Below, in pieces: positions 41,442 to 53,562 of a stretch of 64,000 nt of DNA. Position 1 is the first letter of the stretch, and each line of letters begins with the position of its first letter. Source of the stretch: Octopus vulgaris (Eukaryota); assembly GCA_951406725.2 (NCBI GenBank), contig OX597823.1, positions 62,930,001 through 62,994,000 of the forward strand, written 5' to 3'. The translations under genes were made by a program, and so were the position numbers. The notes beneath the pieces were generated by a model. The model did not search any database and was not told the DNA's origin. It saw only the letters and a program-made list of their open reading frames with translations.

Positions 41442-41934
41442 TAGGTAGATAGATAGATAGATAGATAGAAAGATAGATAGATAGATACATACATACATAC
41501 ATACATAGATACATACATAGATAGACAGACAGAGAGATAGATACATACATACATACACTCATACACACACATATTTATATGTATATATATGTGTGTATGT
41601 TTAAGTCTGTGTGTGTGTGTGTGTATGCGTGTGTGTGTGTGGTAGTGGCGTGGATTGTATTAATAAGAAGTAAAATAAGTAAGTATTGTTGATAAAACTT
41701 ATTCCCTTCCGAATTAAATTCTTCTTTCGAGTTAAAACATATTTAATTCAAGTGAACATAGCCAAAAGCATTTAATTTCTCCTTTGGTCTTTGTGGATTA
41801 ATATTGGCACACCCACATATATAAATGCTGAAATGCACAAATACGCACTCACACACACACACACACGCACATGCACGTGCACAAGTACACGCAGATACAC
41901 ACACACACACACACGAATATATATAAGTGCTAGC

Positions 41935-42668
41935 ATGGCTGTATAGCAAAGAAGCTCGCCTTGCAAGCACTCGGTTTTGGGTTCAGTCCCACTGCGCGAT
42001 ACTGTGGGAAAATGTTTTTTACTATAGCATCGGGTCAACCAATACCCCGAGAGTGAATGTGGTAGACGAAAGCTGTGCACGCATGTGCTTGTGCTGTGTT
42101 TGTGTCTTTTTCTCACCGCTGGATAACCGATGTTGGCTTGTTTGCATCTGCAAAGTAGAGTAAGTTCCAGCTTCGCAGAGTAAGTACAGGGGTCGATTTG
42201 TTCGACAACAATCTTTCAATGCAGTGACCCAGCATGGCCGCAATCCAATGACTGAAACATGTAAAAAATGTTCCCATAGGCGTAGGAGTGGCTGTGTGGT
42301 AAGTAGCTTGCTTACCAGCCACGTGGTTCCGGGTTCAGTCCCACTGCGTGACAACTTGGGCAAGTGTCTTCTACTATAGCCTCAGGCCGACCAAAGCCTT
42401 GTGAGTGGATTTGGTAGACGGAAACTGAAAGAAGCCCGTTGTATATATGTTTATATATATGTATGTATATGTGTGTATATGTTTGTGTGTCTGTTTGTCC
42501 ACCCCAACATCGCTCGACAACCGAATGTAGCGGTTCGACAAAAGTGACCGATACACTAAGTACTAGGCTTACAAAGAATATGTCCTGGGGTCGATTTGCT
42601 CGACTAAAGGCGGTGCTCCAGCATGGCCACAGTCACATGACTGAAACAAGTAAAAGAGTAAAGAGAGT
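41935..42668 (+). mobile_element. two tandem composite SINEs (older, then younger)
   Basis: family motifs; second copy 42278-42668 is close to 34447-34847. Confidence 0.8.
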
Positions 42669-42849
42669 ATGACGATCCGTTGCGTTTAAACATTCGGTTG
42701 CAGAATTCGTTCCACAAAACCACAACAGTTATAATAAGAACTTATAATCATTATAAGAGCTTATAATCATCCTACGCAAAACACTTTCAATACAGTAACC
42801 ATCAGAGCATCACAACAAACCACAGCACATACCCAAGGCACACAGAACT

Positions 42850-43452
42850 GCGCTCGGTAGTGAAACGAACTTCTGCAGGATATGTGGGAAGAGGGGTCGA
42901 AAGCGTGACTCACATTATTAGTACTTGTGAAAGTCTTGCGCAGAAAGGATACAAGCGCAGACATGACAAGGTAGCCCAAATCAAATTCACTGTCTAATAT
43001 GACGGAAGTATGGATACGTGGTAACGGGTGCTTGGTGCTAACATACATCGGAAAAGTTAATAAACGAAAAGTGGAAGGCAAAAGTCCACTGGGACTTTGA
43101 CTTCCAGACAGACTAGGTCATGAGAGAAAGAGAAAAGATCGATAAATATGGTGACCTAAGAATTGAGATCGCCAAGATGTGACAGTTACGAGCGGTAAAC
43201 ATTAATGTTATCCCTGTTGTAATCGGAACATTGGGTTCAATACCACCCAACCTGAAAAAGCATCTGGAAAATTTAGAAATACCCTACAATATTGGTGTAT
43301 TGCAAAAAGCGGTATTACTTGGAAGTGCAAGCATATTGCGTAAAGTAGTCTGTCCGAGGTCCTTGTTGTGAGTTGACGGGCAGTACAAAGTCCAGATACA
43401 CACAGTATCTTCAATCAACATCACGTTATTGTATTCTGTGCGACGTCTTAAA
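42850..43452 (+). mobile_element. R4/Dong-like 3' fragment ending in (AAC)/(AAT)n
   Basis: CRIC..VESVTHIISTCESLAQKGYKRRHDKVA; PVVIGTLG..LQKAVLLG. Confidence 0.8.
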
Positions 43453-43502
43453 CAACAACAACAATAATAATAACAATAATAATAATAATAATGATAATAA
43501 TG

Positions 43503-43612
<110 letters not shown>

Positions 43613-43699
43613 GAAGGCACAATCGTTAGCACGCCGGACAAAATGCTTACTGGCATTTCGTCCGTCTTTACGTTCTGAATTCAAATTCCGCAGAGGTCC

Positions 43700-44300
43700 T
43701 GAAATAGCTATGTTGAGAATAGGCTGTGTAAATGCTCGTGGGCTATGAGTGACGAAGAAGCAAGGACACTTGTTCAACGATCTCATGTCACTATGTCTAG
43801 ATGTTGTAGCCATTAGCGAGACCAGGATTTCTGAAACCCATTCTTTTGCTCAGCTTCTGGATGACTACCTGGCTTACAACTCGTTTGGTAGGTCTGGATC
43901 AATTGACACAGCCGTAGTTTCAGAAAGGCTTAGACGTAAAGGTGAATATGGTTTTCCTAGACACGGTCATTGGGTAAAAACGAAGGCGATGATGTAACTT
44001 TTCAAACTGGTGGTCCTCTACGCTCCAGCGAACAACCCCTGTCAAGTGAACTGGAGAGGGTGAACACTGTTGAGGAAGGATCTGAACAAAGGGCGTGCGA
44101 AAGAAAATTTCAAACTCAGAACTTTGCTCAATACAAAGTTAGAGATTTTGACAAAAGTGGTCGCCAAGAGGATGGCTCTTGTCGAAAATATACAAACTGT
44201 AATATTTGAAAAAAAAATGGGAAAAAATTTTGGCAAAGCTAGCATTGAGAACATGTATGATCATGAGCGAGTTTGTGATGATTTATACATAATCAGCATG
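43700..44300 (+). mobile_element. Tx1/L1-like endonuclease N-terminal fragment, decayed
   Basis: MLRIGCVNARGL...LDVVAISETRI. Confidence 0.6.
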
Positions 44301-44974
44301 TGAACGGTCTAACATGCAAAATTCATGGCAGATTTCGATGAAATAATAGGATGCAGTATGGTAGACATGAAATATTTCGGTAAATGAATCTTACTAAATC
44401 GATGACAAATATCACTAGATTCTGTGGAGATGAACAGACAACAAACCGTCAACGGGCAGGATCAAGCATTTCACTTAGAGAAGTACTGCTATCATTTGTA
44501 GTCGTGGCGTGCACAGATGAGATATTTCAATCAGCGAAAGATTAATGTGATGTCAGTTGTCTGATGTGTAAGAGTGACTTTTGGGGCTTGAAAATGACTC
44601 TCAAAATAGAATAACAGAAGCGTGTTACATATTAGTTACAAATCTTATGAATAAATAATGACTGTAAAAGCAGAATAGTTGCTCAGACCTGTAATGAAGC
44701 TGTCGTGACTAGGAAGTTGTAGGACCTGTTGTCAATCAAGAGTTAAAGGAAACTATCTATATGCTTGACACACAGTTTTGCATTTAGACTAATTGAGTTT
44801 TATCACAATTGATGCCTTGAAAGAATTCTGGACTATTCTACAAAAAGATCATACGTTCTTAATAAAGAAATGACTATGAGAAAACTTTCGAAGGAATCAA
44901 CCGCTCGTTTAAATTATGTTTCAAAGCTAGTTGCAACTAAATTTGAATATAAAGAATCCATTACATTGTGAAAC

Positions 44975-45375
44975 ACCTTGGGTAGCAACTGCTATTTCCT
45001 ATTTGCTTATCCCTAGAAAGCATGAAAAATGGCTAATATTTCCTTCAAACTTTGCATTTGTTACGTTTATTCAAACTCCAAAGAATCCTTCTCAACACAT
45101 AGCTATGATGCTCCTCCACTACTCCTATTCATAATCAGAGATGCAGATATTGCTAGTCAGTAAAGGACATGCTCAAATTGTTAAGGTCAAGCAACTGACA
45201 AGCAAATCTGTGGTATTGAGCAGAATATTTGCTATAACGATGTCTGAAATGTAATGGAAAATAGGTCAGTTTCCAAACATTACTGTCTGGGTTACAAAAG
45301 CAAAGTTTGAAGGAAATATTAGTCACTTCCTTTGATTAGTAGGTAGAAGCATATAGGAAATAACACTTACTGGCC
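44975..45375. mobile_element. MITE-like element with ~90-bp imperfect terminal inverted repeats
   Basis: ctaatatttccttcaaactttgc / gcaaagtttgaaggaaatattag; related partial copy at 33620-33925. Confidence 0.55.
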
Positions 45376-45502
45376 AAAGACAAAAAATATAAAAAATTAA
45401 AAAATAATTTTTTTACACTGTTATTGATGAATTCGAGAAATTGAGAGACCCTGAATCTAAATAGAATCAAAAATCATATGCAGGCAAAAATTATTTCTTG
45501 TC

Positions 45503-45576
<74 letters not shown>

Positions 45577-45613
45577 TCATCATCATCATCATCGTTTAAC
45601 GTATATATATATA

Positions 45614-46085
45614 TAGTCGGTAAAACATAAATCCGAAATAGAAGCAGACTCTAAGTTATAGAGCAGTATATCATATAGATGAAGTTAGATAACGCCGGTT
45701 TTATGAGATTACCCTGGGTTTCACGTCCATAACGCGCTTAGCATTACAGTGTATCGTCAGATCCCTAACCTGTTGGTCTATGACCTCTCTAGCAAGTGGC
45801 CTCTCCAGAAAATAGAGGAAGAAAAGACTTCGTTACTTTATGTCAATCACAAAGGATTGTCTCCCTCTGGCTGTCAATTGTAAATGACCATTATCGCGTG
45901 GATCCCAGTAGGCCAGCAGGAATTTCCTGAAATGCAAGTATGGTCTGAAGACCTCCGTTATGGAGTTAAGGATGTTCTCGGTTCGCGGGACTCCTTTACT
46001 ATCCCCGCCCGCTCAGCTATGCACAGTTTACAACGCTTAATCCCGTCTATGTAGGAACCTAGATTTTCTAGGATTCTCCATTATA
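45614..46085 (-). mobile_element. 3' end of a second PLE family: C-terminus of GIY-YIG endonuclease, hammerhead, tail into (TA)n
   Basis: WRILENLGSYIDGIKRCKLCIAERAGI / (frameshift) NILNSITEVFRPYLHFRKFLL, matching the W.IL..Y....KRC.LC..E..I...LN...E.....H..KFLL pattern as I recall it. Confidence 0.7.
45697..45770 (-). ncRNA. type I hammerhead ribozyme, complete core
   Basis: gggat-CTGACGA-t-[ac a ctgtaatgc taagc gcgttatgg ac gt]-GAA-ACCC-a-GGGT-A^atctc. Confidence 0.8.
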
Positions 46086-46668
46086 TTACGTGCGCTATTT
46101 CGGTCGTCCTTCAATGATGATGACCACAACAACAGTACCATTCCCAACGCCAGTAGTAGCCGCACCAAAACCATCGCCACCTCCAGTGACACCTACACTA
46201 ACAGCACCAGTACCGACAGCAGCAGTAGTAGCTGCGTCAACACCAGCAGATTCAATATTGCCGACACCCGAACACGGAGATACATCGGATGCTCTGGTAA
46301 CACATTCAAGCAACGCTTCTCCAACCACAGCTCTTCCTTCAGGATACCGGAAACGAGATACATTACGTCATTAACTAGCCATGTATAGCAACCGAAGGAC
46401 GACTGCATTTAAAAGACTGCAAAAAAGAAGTGCTCAAATGAGACTGAGACAGAGATAAAAAGAAACATTGATAAGAGAACAAACATCATATTCGAATATA
46501 TATTTTTTAATTGCATATATTTTTTACCTTCTGTGTTTTTTTTAAATATGTATTCTTTATATGTTAAAGGCCATGGTAATATTTATATATGATCAAATGT
46601 ATTGTATCGTGGTGTTAAATAAAGTCGTCGACTCAAATTTGATGTTTGTTCTCTTATCAATGTTTATA

Positions 46669-47399
46669 TCTATATTTATAAAGGTGAGGTTGACTGTGTG
46701 TATGTGGCAGGTTTGGTAGCCTTTAACTAACACTATCTCCCGCGAAACCCTGCGGTGCAAGTTGACCAAAATCGACAGTATGATAGAAGTAGGCTTGCTC
46801 TTCATTCCGTATAAGAAAAAATTCAAATCGGACCATGTTAACACCAAAAATTATTTACATCAAAAAGGTGCTTTTTTCTATGAAAATCCTTATTTTTTTA
46901 CGATTGTTTGACTGCTGTGTCGCCATTTTTGGGTGTATTTCAACCAGAAAAATGTTCACTTAAAGAGACTAACCAGCTACATAATCCAACAGTTTTACTT
47001 TTCAAAAATTCCAATTCTAAAGTGTCGAAAATAATTTTTTTGTGATGTCATTGGTTTTGCGCGAACGACGGATTTTTCTGTACTTTTTTAATGAATACTG
47101 TTTCAGTGTTAACTTCTTAATAGATTTTCAGTGCAGTTCGAAACTTGAGCTTCATTTTGCTTTAAATCTACGAGTAATTCTTTTCTCCATAATGTTCATA
47201 GAAGGAATATTAACCAACAATACCAACAATTGAAGTCAGCATTACACATTTTCAGCACATTCAGAGCAAACTTGAGCATCGCCACAGAATACTTTTATTC
47301 ATAGATTGAAACTATGTCAAAACTTTGTTAACGCGACATCAAAGTCTGCCGTTTTAAGCGCAACTAAAAAAACAAACCCGAGCAGGGCTATACTGCTAG
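46669..47399 (+). mobile_element. non-autonomous Helitron-like element
   Basis: a|TCtatatttataaa ... cccgagcaggg hairpin ... CTAG|t. Confidence 0.7.
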
Positions 47400-47563
47400 T
47401 ATATATAATAAGAAATATTAGTAGCCACTTCAGCATAGCTGTCCGTTCGAACGGAGTTTATTGCGATTTTTTAACACCCAGAGGACATCTCCTGTAGCTG
47501 ATTAACGATGCACAGCTGCATCCGATATATTGCGAGCAAGGGAGCGAACCCCCACCTTCTAGC

Positions 47564-47631
47564 GACGGGACCAGCAGACCAGCCTAGTTTCGGGCTATTT
47601 CTTGCCGCTCTTCAGTACTGGACACCCCGTC
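47564..47631 (-). ncRNA. type I hammerhead ribozyme, complete core
   Basis: gacggg..ccagta-CTGAAGA-gcggc-aagaaata-gccc-GAA-ACTAG-g-CTGGT-C^tgctgg-t-cccgtc. Confidence 0.85.
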
Positions 47632-47696
47632 TGCTCGCAATAATAGTAATAATATTTTATTAAATTCTACACACACATACACACACACCTACACAC

Positions 47697-47751
<55 letters not shown>

Positions 47752-47758
47752 AATCGAG

Positions 47759-48389
47759 GGATCTTTTCGCTTTAGCCGGCAGGTTTTTAAAATAATTTCC
47801 ATGTAACTAAACACTTTAAAACTTCGTATACTGGTAGAATGTGTTTATAAAACATCTTTTACTCTTGGCTTTCTTGAGAAAATTCTGTAGTTTGTAAGAT
47901 ATTTGTAAGATATTTTCAACCAATCAATGACGTCTATTGAGGTGAAAACATTCTCTGCCGTAAACATTTTCTGGCGGTGTGATATGAAAATGTCCCTCGT
48001 TTAAGAAACAAATTGGGTTTATTAACAGTTCTGAAGAAAAAAAGATACCCTTCCTCCCACCCCTAACTAACCCTAAAACAGATTGATATGCAATAGATCG
48101 ATAGTAGGGTCATAATTATGGGTGACATTTTCATATGACACCGCCAGAAAATGTTGTTTACACTCTACGGCAGAAATCGTTTTCACCTCAATAGACGTCA
48201 TTGATTGGTTGAAACTGCCGAAATTGAAGAAAATATCTTACAAATATCTTACAAACAACAGAATTTTTTTCAAGAAAGTTAAGAGAAAAAGATGTTTTAT
48301 AAACACATTCTACCAGTATACGAAGTTTAAAATTCTTTAAGTTACATGGAAATTATTTTAAAAATCTGCCGGTCAAAGCGAAAAGATCC
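47759..48389. mobile_element. MITE with long TIRs, GGATC termini and 8-bp TSD (superfamily uncertain, Merlin-like termini)
   Basis: TSD aaatcgag at 47751-47758 and 48390-48397; ggatcttttcg / cgaaaagatcc. Confidence 0.8.
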
Positions 48390-48417
48390 AAATCGAGGAA
48401 GAATTGAAGACAACGAA

Positions 48418-48455
<38 letters not shown>

Positions 48456-49049
48456 AGTGACGTATATGGAGTAGTTGTTTTATGCTGGTTGGGGTATAGA
48501 GATCTGTGTGGAAGCGTATTCGCAAGTATAAATAAATGAGTGTCAGTGTGTCTATATGTATATGTGTTAATACAAATGTTTGTAGAAGTCAACGTGTTGA
48601 ATAATATATAATATTAGGGAATAGATATAATTTGCAGTCTCTGAATAAAATGCATATGCACGTGCACCCCACTCAAATCCTTCCTTCTTAACCTACTTCC
48701 TTTCAATGATTATAAACGGGGTGAGTTATCTCAGTTGTCTGTTATACCCTATTCCCTTACAGCCTCCAGGGTTGATAAGATATATACGTGTGTGTGTGTA
48801 TGTGTGTGTGTGTGTGTGAGACTGTGTGTGCGTGCGTGTGAACACATATACACATAAATTCATAGCTTTATATACATACACATGTATACAGACATTTGTG
48901 TGTGTGTGTATATACATATATGTATATACGCATATATATACACATCTCCGCCTCTCTATACACACATACATACGCACACGGGATAGATACCCGCAAACAT
49001 ACGTATATAAGTTATTTGCACCTTTAGTTGTCATGTGATCACGTAATGG

Positions 49050-49568
<519 letters not shown>

Positions 49569-49731
49569 ATATAAAACAAAGTGAAGTTGTAAGATACTGC
49601 ACGAGTGGAAATATATATATGAAAGAAGGTTTGAAAATGCAATTTTAAAAGGTGTTTATTCACTTGACCGGTTTCACATTTTTAGAAAAAGATTGTCAAG
49701 AGTAAAATGTAAAAGCTTTGTAAAAACTTTG

Positions 49732-50201
49732 GGATCTTTTCGGTTTGAACGGCAGTTTTTAACAAATTCTAGGTAACTAAAAAATTTTAAACTTCGTATA
49801 CTGGTAGAATGTGATTATAAAACATCTTTTTCTGTTGGCTTTATTGAGAAAATTCTATGGTTTGTAAGATATTTGTTGGTTTGTAAGATATTTGTTGTTT
49901 ATTGAGAAAATTCTATGGTTTGTAAGATATTTGTTGTTGTTTCAACCAATCACTGACGTCTATTGAGGTAAAAAAACATTCTGTGCCGTCTGAATACGTC
50001 CCTCGTTTCAGAAACAGATTGAGTTTATTTACATTTATAAAGAAAAAAAAGATACCCTTCCCCCACCCCTAACCCTAACCCTAACTAACCCTAACCCTAA
50101 AACAGATTGAAATGCAATAGATTGATACTAGGGTCATAATTATGGGTGACAATTTCATATGACACCGTTAGAAAAAACTGCTGTTCAAACCGAAAAGATC
50201 A
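49732..50201. mobile_element. second copy of the GGATC MITE, short right TIR, internal (CCCTAA)n
   Basis: TSD aaactttg at 49724-49731 and 50202-50209. Confidence 0.8.
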
Positions 50202-51289
50202 AAACTTTGTTGTGTTAAGTACTGGTTGTCACAAAATATTACAATACATATATACATTCTTTGATAATAATAAGAAAAATGTTAAAACAGTTTACAAGGA
50301 AAAATCTTAAAAAGTTAATTGAAAATATTAGGATTTCATTAAAAATCATGTTTGTTTGGAAGTATCTATATATATATACACAGAAAATTATAAGTTCAAG
50401 AAGGTCATATTTTGGTGGTATATGTATATATACAGAAGAAGATATATTTAGGAGTTTACAAAGAATTTGAGAAAAACTGACCTGTTTTACCATTTTTCTA
50501 TATATATCTCACAGAATTGGCTAATTAAAAGCTTATTACACTGGCGGTGCCCCAGCAATGGTAATCTCCTGGTCGATGATAATCAACGATTACATTAAAT
50601 ATTACTGTTTAAAAGATGTTAGAGTGTGCATTTCTTGGAACTTATGAAAAATTGACCGATTATATATATAGATATTGATATAGATACATATATACATATA
50701 TATTTATTCATACATTTCATACATCCATACATGCAAACATACATACATATATACATACATGCATACATGCATACATGCATACATACATATATACATACAT
50801 ACATACATGCATACATACATACATACATACATACATACATACATACATACATACATACATACATACATACATACAAACATACATACATACATACAAACAT
50901 ACATACATAATATTACATATATTGCAGTATAAACTATATAGATGACATACATCTAAACATATTTATAAATACAGCGTTGTCACACAGCTCTGAATCTGCA
51001 TTGCATTTCAAGAGGGATTTCAATGGAAATGAGGTTGCTAAATTTGTTCAGGAGAATTCTGCCAAAAATTTCATGCAATTGAAACTAGGGAAATTTCTTG
51101 AGAGTTCATGCTGTCAGTCCTATCTCTGTTACTTAAAATGATAACTAGATTAGCTTTCTTCCCTTCTTGAGGTACTTTTTCAACTATTACCACAATCAAA
51201 TACGGAGGCTGACAATATCGTTATAGATGGAAACATATTAAATAGCGTCAGTCATTTTATTTAATTTTGAGCAGTATTTTATCGAGTGG

Positions 51290-51621
51290 GTGGAGGTGCA
51301 ATGGCCCAGTGGTTAGGGGCAGTGGACTCGCGGTCGGAGGATCGCGGTTTCGATTCCCAGACCGGACGTTGTGTGCGTTTATTGAGCAAAAACACCTGAA
51401 GCTCCACGAAGCTCCGGCAGGGGGTGATGGCGACCCCTGTTGTACTCTTTCGCCTCAACTTTCTCCCACTCTTTCTTCCTGTTTCTTGAGTAACGCTGCG
51501 ATGGACTGGCGTCCCGTCCAGCTGGTGTGAGGTGGGAGGGACACATACGCCATAGAAACCGAGAAACCGGGCCCACGAGCCTGGCTAGTCTTGAAAAGGG
51601 CGCATAAATAAAATAAAATAA
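51290..51621 (+). mobile_element. tRNA-Arg-like SINE with 14-bp TSD
   Basis: attttatcgagtgg / attttgtcgagtgg; (AAATA)n tail. Confidence 0.85.
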
Positions 51622-51679
51622 ATTTTGTCGAGTGGCAGTAAACTAAACAATGAGCTCCAAAATCATATGACTGCAGCTT

Positions 51680-52090
51680 CATCTTCGCTTGGACGTCTTA
51701 CTGAGCGACTATAGAAAATTGTAACATCTCAGTGAAAGAAAAATGTAAAGTATACTAAGCCATTGTCATCTCAACATTACTGTATGGTGCAGAACCATGG
51801 ACACTATACAAAACAAAAGCCAAAAGGACTGGTGCCTTTATCGTGCAACATCTGAGAGTTATGAACACCAAAAGGTGACAGCATATCCCAAACTCTGAAG
51901 TACTCGGCAAGGGTGGTTTTCAATTCATGCATCACTTATTGATGCACAGAAATCTCCGTTACACAGGTCATATTGTTAGGTTTGGAAATGATAGATTCCG
52001 AAAGACAGTCCTGTTCTCGCAACTAACTAATATCTATCGAAGTATTTATAGCTCCAGTTTAAGATTTAAGAGCACTGTCAATCGGTGTGC
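51680..52090 (+). mobile_element. decayed RTE-clade LINE C-terminal fragment
   Basis: KVY*AIVISTLLYGAEPWT; LRYTGHIVRFGNDRFRKTVLFSQL. Confidence 0.65.
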
Positions 52091-52310
52091 ATTCAAAGCA
52101 ATGAATAATTGTATACAAAGCAATGATCAGTAATTTACGAAACCGGTATGCTTTTAAATCACTTTAACAAATCAAAATAATGACTTTTATTACTTTTATT
52201 TCTACCTCAGCTCATCTAACTGTATATATCTTTCGTGACTTTTTCATAAAAAGCCTTGACTTCTTTTGATTTCCAATGTGCATTTTCGCTTAATATTCTT
52301 CTTACTTTCC

Positions 52311-52366
<56 letters not shown>

Positions 52367-52368
<2 letters not shown>

Positions 52369-53562
52369 CGTACCAACAGGTGTCCGGGGTCGCGATGGGA
52401 ACTAGGATGGGCCCCAATTTCGCCAATCTCTTTCTTGGCTACATTGAGGCCCAAGTGTTCTCCCAGTTCTCTGGGCCGACCCCCGAACTATACGGTCGCT
52501 ATATCGACGACTGTGTAGGTGCCACCTCCCTTTCCCGGGAACTTCTCGGCCAATTCATCTCTTTCCTTTCCAACTTTCACCCCTCTCTTCAATTCACCTC
52601 CACCATCTCCAACACCTCTGTCAACTTCCTTGACATCTCTCTCCGCATCGATCACCCCTCCAGCTCTCTCACCACCACCGCCTTCTTTAAACCTACGGAT
52701 TCCCACCTCTATCTCAACTTCTCTTCCTCCCACCCCTTCCACACCAAACGAGCCATCCCCTACTCCCAGTTCCTCCGCCTCCGACGTTTGTGCAGCCGCG
52801 ACCAGGATTTGAGACCCAATCCCAATACCTGGCCCGCATGTTCAGACTCCGAGGTTACCCACCCACACTCCTCTCTGATGCCCTCACCCGCGCCCGTCGC
52901 ATCGACCGCACTACCGCCTTGTCTCCTTCCCCCCGCCCACCCCCAACCGCACCCCCTTCCCCCTCCTTTTCCACCCCTCTACCCTACCCCTTCGTCGCAA
53001 GATACTACGTGCCTTCCGTCGCCTCCAGCTTGATCCCACCACCCGCCCCATTTTCCCTAACCCACCCCTGTCCTCTTTCAAACGAGCCCGCAATCTGCGT
53101 GACCTCCTGGTCCACAGCACCCTCTCCCCTTCCCCCTCAGCCCCACACGGATCATTCCCTTGCTCTAGATCCCGCTGCAACACTTGCCCCTTCATCACCA
53201 ACACCACCGCTGTCACCGGCTCCAACCTGCATACTGTACGCATTAGGCACTCTTTTACGTGCACCCCGTCTGGCCTTATTTACTGCATTAAATGCAACCT
53301 ATGCGGGATGCTGTATGTAGGTCAGACGGGACGCCGGTTGTCCGACCGTTTCACCGAACACTTGAGGGACGTTCGCCTACACTCTTTTTCTCCCGTCGCA
53401 CGCCACTTCCGCTCGGCCGGCCATTCCCGAGATGACATCTCAGTGTTTGGTCTCGCCCCCCACAATGGTCGCCCACTTTCCAGGCTCCACTTGGAGCAAC
53501 GCTACATCTTCACCCTACAAACTACCACCCCACACGGACTTAACACAGCCCCCTCCTCTTGA
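52367..53562 (+). pseudogene. Neptune-like Penelope RT (C-terminal half) + Cys linker + GIY-YIG endonuclease, frameshifted
   Basis: GVAMGTRMGP, GRYIDD, VNFLDI, KPTD, IPYSQFLRLRRLCS; CSRSRCNTC linker; LIYCIKCNLCGMLYVGQT..R..EH..VARHF..E..GLN. Confidence 0.9.

Noticed and set aside
45850-45960. DNGHL as an SGNH-hydrolase motif
   Set aside because: The upstream frame fits a PLE GIY-YIG C-terminus much better.
50068-50100. True telomere or chromosome fusion site
   Set aside because: Only a few units, internal to a MITE present twice.
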